From contig CAVVWN010000014.1 in the NCBI GenBank assembly GCA_963752045.1, forward strand, positions 332,033 to 396,032: a DNA stretch of 64,000 nt, written 5' to 3'. The notes below the pieces were generated by a model. That model ran no database searches, had not been told where the DNA came from, and worked only from the letters and a program-made list of their open reading frames with translations. Of the stretch, positions 15,525 through 24,489 are shown piece by piece (the first letter of the stretch is position 1; each line of letters begins with the position of its first letter). A program made the translations under genes and the position numbers. Source of the stretch: an uncultured Acidobacteriota bacterium (GTDB lineage: Bacteria; Acidobacteriota; Vicinamibacteria; Vicinamibacterales; SCN-69-37).

Positions 15525-18500
15525 TCAGACTCCGCCGCCTCCGCGGCCCGTCGTGCCGCGCAGCGTCTTGCCCTTCACCGGGTACGGCGGACGCTCGGGA
15601 TTGGCAGGCGGATTTGCGCGAAGCTGCTCGAGCACGACCTCGATCGCTTTCTCGAGCTGCGGGTCGCGGCCGGCAATCACGTCGGCCGGCGTCTGCTCCA
15701 CTTCGATGTCAGGCGGCACGCCCTCGTTCTCGACGACCCAGCCCTCGTCGGCCGTCCAGATGGCCAGGTTCGGCGCGGTGATGCTGCCGCCATCCATGAG
15801 CACCGGGAAGCCGAGCGTACCGACCAGGCCGCCCCACGTCCGCTGCCCGATGAGCGGTCCCAGGCCGAACTTCCGGAACATCCAGGGCAGCAGGTCGCCG
15901 CCCGAGCCGGCCGTCTCGTCGATGAGCATCACCTTCGGCCCCTGAATCGCCGCGGTCGGCGTTTCGAGATCCTCGCCGTACCGCATCGCCCAGTAGGAGA
16001 TGTGCGGGCGCCGCAGCAGGTCGATGTAGTAGTCGGCCACCTGCCCGCCGCCGTTGAACCGCTCGTCCACGATGATCGCGTCCTTGTGGGACTGGGGGAA
16101 GAAGTAGCGTTTGAAGTACTGATGGCCCGGGCCGGCCGTGTTCGGCACGTAGACGTACGCCACCCGCCCGCCGGTTGCCGCGTCCACCTTCTGAAGGTTG
16201 CCTTCGACCCAGTCTCGATTGCGCAGGGCGCTCTCGTTTCCGACGGGCACGACCTGCACCGTCCGCGATCCCGACCCATCCGCGTTCGGACCGATCGTGA
16301 TCTCGACGATCTTGCCGGACGTGTTCTCGAAGAAGCTGTAGATATTGGCCGGCGGGCGGACGTCCGCACCGCGGACAGCCAGCAGGTACTCGCCCGGCTT
16401 CGCGCCGACGCCGGGCTCGGTGAGCGGCGATCTCAGCTCGGGGTTCCAGTTCAAGCCGCCGTACACCTTCTTGAACCGATACCGGCCGTTCGCGATCTCA
16501 TAGTCGGCCCCGAGCAACCCGCCCGGCACCGGGCTTGGCGACTCCGGCGTGTCGCCTCCGCCCACGCGGTGGTGACCCACCGTGAGCTCCGACGACATCC
16601 ACTGCAGCACCCGGTTCAGATCGCTCCGCGTGGCCACGTCAGCCAGCAACGGCTCGTACTTCCGCTTCATCGCGGTCCAGTCGACGCCATGCATGTTGGG
16701 GGCGTAGAAATAGTCGCGGTTGATGCGCCAGGCCTCGTCGAAGATCTGCTTCCATTCGGCGCGGGGGTCAATCCGCACCTGGATATTGCCGGCCGCGATC
16801 CTTCCTGCCGCCGGCTCGATGCGTCCGGTCGTGGCCACGATCGACCACTGGTTGTTGTTGAGGTACAGCAGCTTCTTCGCATCGGCCGAGAGGGTGTACC
16901 CGTCCACGTCCGGAAGCAGCGTCTCGTTGCGCCGTTGATTGAGGTCGTAGCGCTCGAGTCGCGTCTGTCCGTCGGTCGCTCGCAGGTAATAGATGTGTCC
17001 TGCGACGCCAGTAGACAGACCGGAGAGCTGACCCGAGGCGATCGGCATGTCGAGAATGCGGAACTGGATGCCGTCCAGATCGACACGGACAGGGACTGGG
17101 CCCTGGGCGCTAGGCGCTGGGCGCTCGGGGCTGGGCGCTGGTCGGTCGGCGCCGGCCTCGGTGCGCTCGGGGCTCGGCGCCGCGGGCGCTTTCTCCTCGT
17201 CGCTCTCGCGCGCGAGCGGCGACGGCAGGTCGTTCGGCAGCACCACCAGGTACACGTTGCGCGAGAAGTCCATGTCCGCGTTCGACTGCGCGAACCAGTC
17301 CACCGCCGGACCGGCATCGGTCGACGCGAACATGTACAGGTACTTGCCGCTGCGGTCGAACACCGGATCGGCCACGTCGCTCAGGCCGTCGGTAATCTGG
17401 TGTGACTGCTTGCCGTCGATCGAATACACGTGCACCGCCGTCACGAGCGGCTGCAGGTTGACGACGTAGGCGATCCACTTCGAGTCGGGCGACCAGTTGT
17501 GAGCCGGCAGGCCGAGCGGTGTGTACACGCGGTGACCGTCGATGCGTGTCGAGACGCCGGTCTCGAGGTCGACCCAGTAGAGGCTCTGCGAGTTGTCCAC
17601 ATACGAGAGCTTCTTGCCGTCCGGTGACCATGCGAGCTGGTCGTAGAAGCCGTTTCCGCTCACGCTGATCACGCGCGGCGCACCCTTGCCGTCCTGGCTT
17701 GCGATTCGGAGCTTGTACTCGCCGCCCTCGTCCGAGAAGTAGGCGATCTGGGTCCCGTCAGGCGACCACGCGGGCGACCGCTCGTGCCAGTTCGTCGTCA
17801 TCGTCAGATTGCGGGGATCGCCCTTCTCGGCCGGCACGGTCACGATTTCGCCGCGGAACTCGAAGACGGCCCGCACGCCGGTTGGCGAGAGCGCGGCGTC
17901 GCGAATCCAGCGGGCGCCGCTCACAAACCGCGGGCGGGTTTCAGGCAGGTCCGCCGCCACTCCGAGGCGCAGCCGGGTCGTCCGTCCGGTGTCGGGGTCG
18001 AACACGTGCAGGTACCCGGCCTGCTCGAACACGATCTTCCCGCCGCCCGCTGACGCGCTCAGGATCGGAAAGTCGCTGTGCTGGGTCAGCTGGCGCACGG
18101 CCTTCGTCCGCGGGTCGTAGGAGAAGATGTTGAACTCGCCGTTGCGATCCGACCGGAAGTACACGACGTTCTCGATCCACATCGCGTCGGTGTCGTTCGA
18201 GCGCGTGGGTGGCTGCGGGATCTTCTCGATCTCGTGCCCGACCGGGTCGTAGATCCAGATGCGGGACACGGTGCCGCCGCGGTACTGCTTCCACTGTTCG
18301 TAGCGGCCGGCGATCGGGTTGTAGGCGATGCGACCGCTCGGCCCGGGCGCGGCCTGGGCCGCGTTCGGAATCGGCAACTGCTCGGGCATGCCGCCGGCGA
18401 CGGGCACGCTGAAGATCTGCGCGTAGCGGTTGGTGAAGACCGAGCGGCCGGACGTGAAGAGCACCGCCGCGCCGTCGGTCGTGAAGGCCTGCACGATGTC

Positions 18501-18872
18501 CGGGCCCGGGTGCCAGGTGAGGCGCGTCGGCACCCCGCCCGTGGCAGGCATGAGGTAGACGTCGGTGTTGCCCTCGTACTGGGCGCTGAACGCAATCCGG
18601 CTGCCGTCGGGCGAGAACGCCGGATTTGACTCCACGCCGTCGTCAGTCGTCAGGCGGCGGACGTCGGTGCCGTCGAGCCGAGCAGTCCACAGGTCGCCCG
18701 CGTAGACAAACGCCACATGCGTTGCGCTGATCGCCGGCTGCTGCAACAGGCGGGTATCGGCAACATTCACGCCTGTAGACGACTGAAGCGCGGACTCCGG
18801 CCGTGTCGCAACCGGCACGGCGGCAATGGCAACCAGAGCAACGACGGCGATCGGTCGGCTCGAACGGAACAT
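15525..18872 (-). CDS. tricorn protease-like S41 peptidase (beta-propellers + PDZ + S41 domain)
   Basis: 1115 aa with a signal peptide. PD40/TolB-like repeats are present (SPDGSRIAFSAQYEGNTDVYLM...). The C-terminal S41 region is GGQVADYYIDLL...LIDETAGSGGDLLPWMF. Confidence 0.9.
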   Translation of the reverse strand: MFRSSRPIAVVALVAIAAVPVATRPESALQSSTGVNVADTRLLQQPAISATHVAFVYAGDLWTARLDGTDVRRLTTDDGVESNPAFSPDGSRIAFSAQYEGNTDVYLMPATGGVPTRLTWHPGPDIVQAFTTDGAAVLFTSGRSVFTNRYAQIFSVPVAGGMPEQLPIPNAAQAAPGPSGRIAYNPIAGRYEQWKQYRGGTVSRIWIYDPVGHEIEKIPQPPTRSNDTDAMWIENVVYFRSDRNGEFNIFSYDPRTKAVRQLTQHSDFPILSASAGGGKIVFEQAGYLHVFDPDTGRTTRLRLGVAADLPETRPRFVSGARWIRDAALSPTGVRAVFEFRGEIVTVPAEKGDPRNLTMTTNWHERSPAWSPDGTQIAYFSDEGGEYKLRIASQDGKGAPRVISVSGNGFYDQLAWSPDGKKLSYVDNSQSLYWVDLETGVSTRIDGHRVYTPLGLPAHNWSPDSKWIAYVVNLQPLVTAVHVYSIDGKQSHQITDGLSDVADPVFDRSGKYLYMFASTDAGPAVDWFAQSNADMDFSRNVYLVVLPNDLPSPLARESDEEKAPAAPSPERTEAGADRPAPSPERPAPSAQGPVPVRVDLDGIQFRILDMPIASGQLSGLSTGVAGHIYYLRATDGQTRLERYDLNQRRNETLLPDVDGYTLSADAKKLLYLNNNQWSIVATTGRIEPAAGRIAAGNIQVRIDPRAEWKQIFDEAWRINRDYFYAPNMHGVDWTAMKRKYEPLLADVATRSDLNRVLQWMSSELTVGHHRVGGGDTPESPSPVPGGLLGADYEIANGRYRFKKVYGGLNWNPELRSPLTEPGVGAKPGEYLLAVRGADVRPPANIYSFFENTSGKIVEITIGPNADGSGSRTVQVVPVGNESALRNRDWVEGNLQKVDAATGGRVAYVYVPNTAGPGHQYFKRYFFPQSHKDAIIVDERFNGGGQVADYYIDLLRRPHISYWAMRYGEDLETPTAAIQGPKVMLIDETAGSGGDLLPWMFRKFGLGPLIGQRTWGGLVGTLGFPVLMDGGSITAPNLAIWTADEGWVVENEGVPPDIEVEQTPADVIAGRDPQLEKAIEVVLEQLRANPPANPERPPYPVKGKTLRGTTGRGGGGV
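17103..17144. repeat. heptanucleotide tandem repeat (CTRGGCG-like, about 6 units) inside the tricorn-like gene
   Basis: The units read ctgggcg ctaggcg ctgggcg ctcgggg ctgggcg ctggtcg. On the coding strand they encode the 7-aa repeat RPAPSPE/RPAPSAQ. Confidence 0.7.
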
Positions 18873-18876
18873 GGGC

Positions 18877-19128
18877 CTACCCCTTCTTCTTGTTGAACGC
18901 CCGGTAGATGGCGAGCAGCACTATCGCGCCGAGGATCGACATGATCCAGCCCGCCGCCTCCCCTGTCGCGTAGAACCCGAGCATCTGGCCCACGTAGCTG
19001 CCGACGAAGGCTCCGGCGATGCCGAGCAGAATCGTGACGATGATGCCGCCCGGATCCTTGCCGGGCATGATGAACTTCGCCAGCGCACCGATGATCAGAC
19101 CGGAAAGCAACCAGGACAGGATTCCCAT
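18877..19128 (-). CDS. GlsB/YeaQ/YmgE family (transglycosylase-associated) small membrane protein
   Basis: 83 aa from the internal Met: MGILSWLLSGLIIGALAKFIMPGKDPGGIIVTILLGIAGAFVGSYVG... is the family signature. Confidence 0.8.
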   Translation of the reverse strand: MGILSWLLSGLIIGALAKFIMPGKDPGGIIVTILLGIAGAFVGSYVGQMLGFYATGEAAGWIMSILGAIVLLAIYRAFNKKKG

Positions 19129-19245
19129 ACCGTCACCCCTCTTGAATCTGCTGTGGCCGGAGACGTCTTCACCGGGGAGTCTACACGGAGTCAGTTTCCC
19201 AGGCCACGCCTTGCACGATCGCACCTGAAGCACCAAACTGGCCCC

Positions 19246-20637
19246 ATGCGAGCGCTGGCAGCCCTCATCGTGGCCTTGTTGACGGCTGGATGCGGGAACG
19301 ACCTGAATCGAGAGGCGCCTGTGTCATCGCCGCCCCTCCCCCGGTTTCATCACGCCCACCTGCGCGTGACGGACCCGGCCGTCGAGATGGACCGCTACGC
19401 GCGCGCCAACGGCTGCGAGAAGTTGATCCTCCAGAGCCTGGGCGTCGGCGTGCGGTGCGCGGGCGCGTATCTGCTGTTCGACCGGAACGACACGCCCATC
19501 GAACGCAAGGTCACGCCCGCGCGCGCGTCGGTCACTGGTTCGGGGGACGACGCGCGAATCGAAGTGCAGGTGTCGAACCCGGACGCCGATGCCGCATCCA
19601 CCTGGATGTCGGAAACCCTCGGCGTCGATCTCGCCGAGGTCGTGACCGTCACCGGCGGACCCGGCGATCGCCTCGAGGCCTCGCTCACGCACATTGCCGT
19701 CGCCCTGCCGGATCCGGCTCCCCTGCTGGCGCGCCTCGAGGCGGCCGGCGCGACGTTCCGTTCGCGCTCGGCGGTGAGCAGTGTCGTCGAGGGGCCAGGC
19801 GGCCTCATGCTGGAGATCGTCGCGAGTGCGGGCGAGGGCCCGGATGCGTTCTGGTGCCCGATGCATCCCGACGTCCGGTCGCCCGGCGAGGGCACCTGTC
19901 CGCTCTGCAGCATGGCGCTCGTGCCCATTCCGGAACCGGTGTTTGGCGACTACGGCATGGACGTCGCGTTTGCCGCCGCCGGGCCGGGACGCGGGCGCCT
20001 GACGCTGCGTCTTCGCGAGCCCGACACGGGCTACGTGGCCACGTCGTTCACGACGATCCACGAACGGCTGCTGCATCTCTTCGTCGTCAGCCGCCAGCTC
20101 GACGTGTTTCAGCACGTGCATCCGGAACTGCAGGCCGACGGCAGCTTCGTGCTCGACGTCGAGGTGCCGCGCCCGGATGCGTACATGCTGATCGCCGATT
20201 TCTACCCGGCTGGCGGCACGCCGCAGATGCTGCAGGCCACTTGGGTCACGCCTGATTACAGCGGCAGTCCGTTTCCGGACGCCTCGGCGGTCCTGCCCGA
20301 CCGATCGCCGAAGACGGTCGGCGCCATCACGGTCAGCCTCGACGCAGTGAGACTCTCGGCTGGAGCGGAGAACGCTTTGCGCTTCTCGGTGGCTGACGCG
20401 AAGACGGGGACGCCGGTCACCGACCTCGAGCCTTATCTCGGCGCGCCCGCACACCTGCTGATTCTCGGCGCCGACCTCGCCGATGTCGTGCACAGCCATC
20501 CGTCCGACCTCGACTCCCGAGGCCCGCGCGTCGAATTCAATGCCGTGTTTCCACGTTCAGGGCGTTACAAGATGTGGGTGCAATTCCAACGAAACGGATC
20601 AGTCCTCACCGCACCCTTCGTCGTCGAAATTCAGTGA
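19246..20637 (+). CDS. lipoprotein with VOC-like N-terminal region and a heavy-metal-binding domain (CPMHP...CPxCxM)
   Basis: ATG 19246 starts a lipobox signal (MRALAALIVALLTAGC). FWCPMHPDVRSPGEGTCPLCSMALVP matches the HMBD motif seen in Cu/Ag efflux adaptor proteins. The C-terminus is His-rich and Ig-like (HVHPE..., HSHPSD). Confidence 0.8.
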   Translation: MRALAALIVALLTAGCGNDLNREAPVSSPPLPRFHHAHLRVTDPAVEMDRYARANGCEKLILQSLGVGVRCAGAYLLFDRNDTPIERKVTPARASVTGSGDDARIEVQVSNPDADAASTWMSETLGVDLAEVVTVTGGPGDRLEASLTHIAVALPDPAPLLARLEAAGATFRSRSAVSSVVEGPGGLMLEIVASAGEGPDAFWCPMHPDVRSPGEGTCPLCSMALVPIPEPVFGDYGMDVAFAAAGPGRGRLTLRLREPDTGYVATSFTTIHERLLHLFVVSRQLDVFQHVHPELQADGSFVLDVEVPRPDAYMLIADFYPAGGTPQMLQATWVTPDYSGSPFPDASAVLPDRSPKTVGAITVSLDAVRLSAGAENALRFSVADAKTGTPVTDLEPYLGAPAHLLILGADLADVVHSHPSDLDSRGPRVEFNAVFPRSGRYKMWVQFQRNGSVLTAPFVVEIQ

Positions 20638-21772
20638 CCCTCGGACCGTCGGCCCCTCGGACCTTCGGACCCTCGGACCTTCGGACCTTCGGACCGTCGG
20701 ACCCTCGGACCTTCGGACCCTCGGACCTCGGACCCTCGGACCCTCGGACCCTCAGAACCTGCACGCGACACTCACGCGCGCCGTCCTCGACGAGCACGAG
20801 GCTTCCGGCGGGCGCCTGGATCGGGGTTGCGAGTCGATACCGTTCGAGATGCGAGGGATCGAAGCTCCGGATCCTCACGAGCGGGATCGGCGGGCCGTCG
20901 GGCGGCGCGAGCGCGACGCCAATCGCGTCGCCCGCCGCGCCGGACATGGGGCGAACAGCGATCACCTCGCCGCTGATCGCGAGCGGCGGCTCGCCGCAAC
21001 CGGCCGTCACGGTCTCGAGGGTGCCGGCGACCGGCGCTGGCAATGTCGCGAAGGCCAGCACGGGGGGCAGCGACGGCAGGCCGACCGGGAAGTCCTGCTG
21101 CAGGCGCTCGCCGCGGTACCACACGGTCACGGCAAGCGTGGCGCCGGATGGCATGGGAATGCCGACTCCATCCGGAAGCATCACCAGTTCTTCGGGCGGC
21201 ACCCAGCTTCCGACGTAACGGCCGTCAGCGAGTGCGAACTCGGCCTGAACGATCGCCGGATCGTTGGCGAAGAACCGCCAACCCGCAATCCAGGTCTGTC
21301 GTCCGGCCGGCAGCGCGACGTGGAACGTACGCCGCTCGCCGGCCGGCTCGCCCGTCCGGGCCTCGAGCCGCATGCGCGCATCGAGTCGATCGGCGGGTGA
21401 CCACGCAGCGTCAGGCCTGGGGTCGCCGCCTTCAGGCGCACCGCCATCCGCCCACGCGGTGATGAGCGCGGTCTCGAACGGCGAGAGGCTGCGGTCGTTT
21501 GCAAAGTGTCCGAATCCCCGCACGGGTGCCCAGCGCGGCATCCGGCCGGCCACGACTTCCGCCCGCATCGCCTTCGCCCACGGCCGGGCATCGTCGTACG
21601 AAGCGAGCGACATGGGGGCCGGGCCGGCCGGGCGGTGACATCCGGCGCAACTGTCCGAGACGATGGGCGCGATCTCGCGCGCCCAGGTGACTTTCGTCGT
21701 TATCGGGTCGTGGGCGGCGACGCGCACCGCGATTGCGGCGACGAGTATCGCGCCCCCGAACGTTCGCGTCAC
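20606..21772 (-). CDS. CxxCH-motif protein, degenerate paralogue of the two upstream PHM/DBH-like genes
   Basis: GTG 21772 overlaps the upstream stop (GTGA). It shares the N-terminal module CAGCHRPAGPAPMSLASYDDARPWAKAMRAEVVAGRMPRW but lacks the HH / HxH / M copper ligands. The last roughly 40 codons are read out of the octamer repeat. Confidence 0.65.
   Translation of the reverse strand: MTRTFGGAILVAAIAVRVAAHDPITTKVTWAREIAPIVSDSCAGCHRPAGPAPMSLASYDDARPWAKAMRAEVVAGRMPRWAPVRGFGHFANDRSLSPFETALITAWADGGAPEGGDPRPDAAWSPADRLDARMRLEARTGEPAGERRTFHVALPAGRQTWIAGWRFFANDPAIVQAEFALADGRYVGSWVPPEELVMLPDGVGIPMPSGATLAVTVWYRGERLQQDFPVGLPSLPPVLAFATLPAPVAGTLETVTAGCGEPPLAISGEVIAVRPMSGAAGDAIGVALAPPDGPPIPLVRIRSFDPSHLERYRLATPIQAPAGSLVLVEDGARECRVQVLRVRGSEGPRSEGPKVRGSDGPKVRRSEGPKVRGADGPRVTEFRRRRVR
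20636..20754. repeat. octanucleotide tandem repeat, 15 units (GACCNTCG)
   Basis: I counted the units base by base: 14 units of 8 nt and one of 7 nt (20724-20730). The array has no stop codon in any of the six frames. Confidence 0.9.
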
Positions 21773-23082
21773 CGCCTCGTCTGGCCTGGCGCGGGGAGCG
21801 GGCCGACAGTGAACGCGATGCCCGTGTACTGCATCTCTTCCCACGTCTGGTCGCCCCATCGCACGTCGATCGTCGGGTCGGGGTTGGACGAGTTCGAGGC
21901 CGAGTTGTCGTACCAGGCCGAGGACACGAGCTTCGATCCCTTCGGTGCCACGAGCGGCTTCTCGAACATGTAGTAGGTCTGCCAGTTGAAGTCGTACCGC
22001 GGCACGGACAGCACCATCTCGCTGCGACCATCGGGGTACACGAGCCGGTACTCCCATTTCGTGCCGCGCAGGTGGGTGTGGGGCGAGAGACCGAACACCC
22101 TGGTGTCTCGAACGAAAGTGACCTCGGCGTCGACGCGATGGTGCGAGGCGCCGGCCGGAATCACGAGTTGTCCGTTGAAGAAAGCGGCCGTTCGCAGTTC
22201 CTCGGTCGGCGGCCCGTCGGCGAACACCACGCCCACGCTCGTGCGGTCGGTCGTCGCCCGGCCGGTGGCGGTGTAGTGCATCTGGAACGTGAGTACCGCG
22301 CCAGCCCGAATCTGAAGGGCTGTGCCGTCGGGGTTGACGAGCGCGTTCGTGCCGATCGCGGTTCCCGCGATGAGCGCGCCGCGCTCCGCTCGATCGGGCT
22401 CGCCTTCCCGTCTGGGCTTTTCGGGGATCTGCTGGTTCTCCGGGATCTCGAAAGCTCTCGGCCGCCGCGGCCCAGACCCTTCAGGCTCGCGGGAAAACAC
22501 GAGCACGTGGTGCACGACGTCACGCGCGCCAGGACGAATCTCGATGGAACGGATCCACTTGTCCTCGGTGAAGTTGGTGGGCACTTCGAAGTACTGGTAT
22601 TCGATCGTGCCGCTCGCCGGAACCGGGTAGTCTTCCTGCATCGTGAAGACGACGTCGGGCTCGCCGACGGTCCAGCCGTCGGTGTAGACAGGCGCCGGCG
22701 GCATGTCTTTCTCGTCTCCGCGCGGCGCGCCGGCATCGACCCACCGGAGGATTGTCGCCTTGTCGGCCGCCGACAACTGCCGCTCGTTCCGGAACGTGCC
22801 CTCGGGCGCATCGGCGTGCCACGGCGGCATGTGTCCGGCTTCGACTTCTTCCTTGATGGACGTCGCGTACGGGCGCACGTCGGCATATGTGAGCAGCGAC
22901 ATCGGCCCGATCTCGCCCGGGCGGTGGCACGTCGTGCAGTTCTCGAAGAGGATCGGGGCGACGTCCTTCGTATAGGTCGGCGCCGCCGCCTGCCCTTCGC
23001 CGGCGTCGCCGACGGCCATCAGGCCCACCGCCGCCAATGTCACCGCCACTGCCACCGCGCACGCACGCATCGCTGCTCTCAT
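21769..23082 (-). CDS. exported CxxCH + copper type II ascorbate-dependent monooxygenase (PHM/DBH)-like fold protein
   Basis: 437 aa with a signal peptide. Motifs are CTTCHRPGEIGPMSLLTYADVRPYA..GHMPPWHA, then VVHHVLVF, FQMHYTATG, PHTHLRG, YDFNWQ and EEMQYTG, which matches the PHM CuH (HH..H) and CuM (HxH..M) ligand pattern. Confidence 0.85.
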   Translation of the reverse strand: MRAAMRACAVAVAVTLAAVGLMAVGDAGEGQAAAPTYTKDVAPILFENCTTCHRPGEIGPMSLLTYADVRPYATSIKEEVEAGHMPPWHADAPEGTFRNERQLSAADKATILRWVDAGAPRGDEKDMPPAPVYTDGWTVGEPDVVFTMQEDYPVPASGTIEYQYFEVPTNFTEDKWIRSIEIRPGARDVVHHVLVFSREPEGSGPRRPRAFEIPENQQIPEKPRREGEPDRAERGALIAGTAIGTNALVNPDGTALQIRAGAVLTFQMHYTATGRATTDRTSVGVVFADGPPTEELRTAAFFNGQLVIPAGASHHRVDAEVTFVRDTRVFGLSPHTHLRGTKWEYRLVYPDGRSEMVLSVPRYDFNWQTYYMFEKPLVAPKGSKLVSSAWYDNSASNSSNPDPTIDVRWGDQTWEEMQYTGIAFTVGPLPAPGQTRR

Positions 23083-23113
23083 CGTCTGCCCTCCCGAGAG
23101 TGCCGACCCTCGG

Positions 23114-24433
23114 TTATCGAACGCCTGAGGTCGGCGGAAGCGCGCCGTCGACCGTGTACATGATTCCCGTGTACTGCATCTCTTCCCAGGTCTGGTCGCC
23201 CCAGCGCACGTCGACCGTCGGATCCGGGTTGTGCGGGTTCTTCGCCGAGTTGTCGTACCAGGCCGAGGAGACGATCGTCGCGCCCTCGGGTACGGCCAGT
23301 GGTTTCGCGAACATGTAGTACGTCTGCCAGTTGAAGTCGTAGCCTGGCACGTCGAGGATCTTCTCCGTTCGGCCGTCGGGGTAGATCAGGTTGTACTCCC
23401 ACCGGACGCCGCGCAGGTGCGTGTGCGGGAACAGCCCTCGGACGTGGGCGTCCGCCGTGAAGGTGACCTCGGCATCGACGCGATGGCCGCTTGCGCCTGC
23501 GGGAATCACGAAGCGTCCGTTGATGAACGAACCGGCGCGCATCTCGGTCGTCGGCGGTGTCTTTGCGAACACGAAACCGACGCTCGATCGGTCGGTCATC
23601 GCCGTTCCGCTGGCGGTGTAGTGCATCTGGAACGTCAGCACGGCGCCTTTTCGGATCTGGATGGCCGTACCGGGCTCGAACACGGTGGCATTCCACCCGG
23701 GCGCCATCGTCGCGACGAGCGACCCGAGGCGACGCGGCTGCGAGCGTTCGGTGCCAGGCGGCGGGGGCGGTGGCTCCGGCGTGCCCTGGTCTCTCCGCCC
23801 CTGGAGCACGCGCGGACGCGCCGGGCCAGAACCTTCGGGCTCGCGGGCGTACAGAAGAATGTGGTGCACCACCGCTCGCGCGTCAGGGCGAAGCTCGACG
23901 GCCTGAATCCACTTGTCTTCAGTGAAGTTGGTGGCCACCTCGAAGTACTGGTAGTCGATGGTCCCTTGCGCAGGCACGTCGAACGACTCTGGCAGCTCGA
24001 ACACCGCGTCGGGTTCGCCGATCGTCCATCCCTCCGTGTGGGTCGGCTGCGGCGGGAGGTCCGTGTCGTCGCCACGGGGCGCTCCGGCGTCGACCCATCG
24101 GATGAGGGTGGCCTTTTCGGCGTCGCTCAGGCGACGGTCGTTCATGAACGTGCCTGCCGGCGCATTCGCGTGCCACGGTGGCATGTGGCCGGCTTCGACT
24201 TCTTCCTTGATCGACGACGCGTACGGCCGGACGTCGGCATAGGTCAGCAGTGACATCGGCCCGATTTCACCCGGGCGGTGGCAGCCGGTGCAGTTCTTGA
24301 AGAGAATCGGCGCGACGTCCTTCGTGTAGGTGGGCGCAGGGCCCTGCGCACCTTGCACGTCACTCGTGAGCCAGTAACCCCCGCACCACAGACCTGCCAC
24401 CACCGCGACAATCGCGGCCCGCCCGAACGTCAT
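23114..24433 (-). CDS. exported CxxCH + PHM/DBH-like fold protein (tandem paralogue)
   Basis: 439 aa with CTGCHRPGEIGPMSLLTYADVRPYA, AVVHHILLY, FQMHYTASG, PHTHLRG, YDFNWQ and EEMQYTG. It is collinear with the 21769..23082 product. Confidence 0.85.
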   Translation of the reverse strand: MTFGRAAIVAVVAGLWCGGYWLTSDVQGAQGPAPTYTKDVAPILFKNCTGCHRPGEIGPMSLLTYADVRPYASSIKEEVEAGHMPPWHANAPAGTFMNDRRLSDAEKATLIRWVDAGAPRGDDTDLPPQPTHTEGWTIGEPDAVFELPESFDVPAQGTIDYQYFEVATNFTEDKWIQAVELRPDARAVVHHILLYAREPEGSGPARPRVLQGRRDQGTPEPPPPPPGTERSQPRRLGSLVATMAPGWNATVFEPGTAIQIRKGAVLTFQMHYTASGTAMTDRSSVGFVFAKTPPTTEMRAGSFINGRFVIPAGASGHRVDAEVTFTADAHVRGLFPHTHLRGVRWEYNLIYPDGRTEKILDVPGYDFNWQTYYMFAKPLAVPEGATIVSSAWYDNSAKNPHNPDPTVDVRWGDQTWEEMQYTGIMYTVDGALPPTSGVR

Positions 24434-24489
24434 AGCCCCTCCCCGAAGAACGAGTTGATTGCGCCTATGCTAGCACCAGCGGGCAACCC

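Noticed and set aside
20483-21400. + strand ORFs (305 aa and 214 aa) reading through the octamer array (..DLRTLGPSDLRTVGPS..)
   Set aside because: The array has no stop codon in any of the six frames, so these ORFs are by-products. Downstream they are antisense to the CxxCH paralogue.
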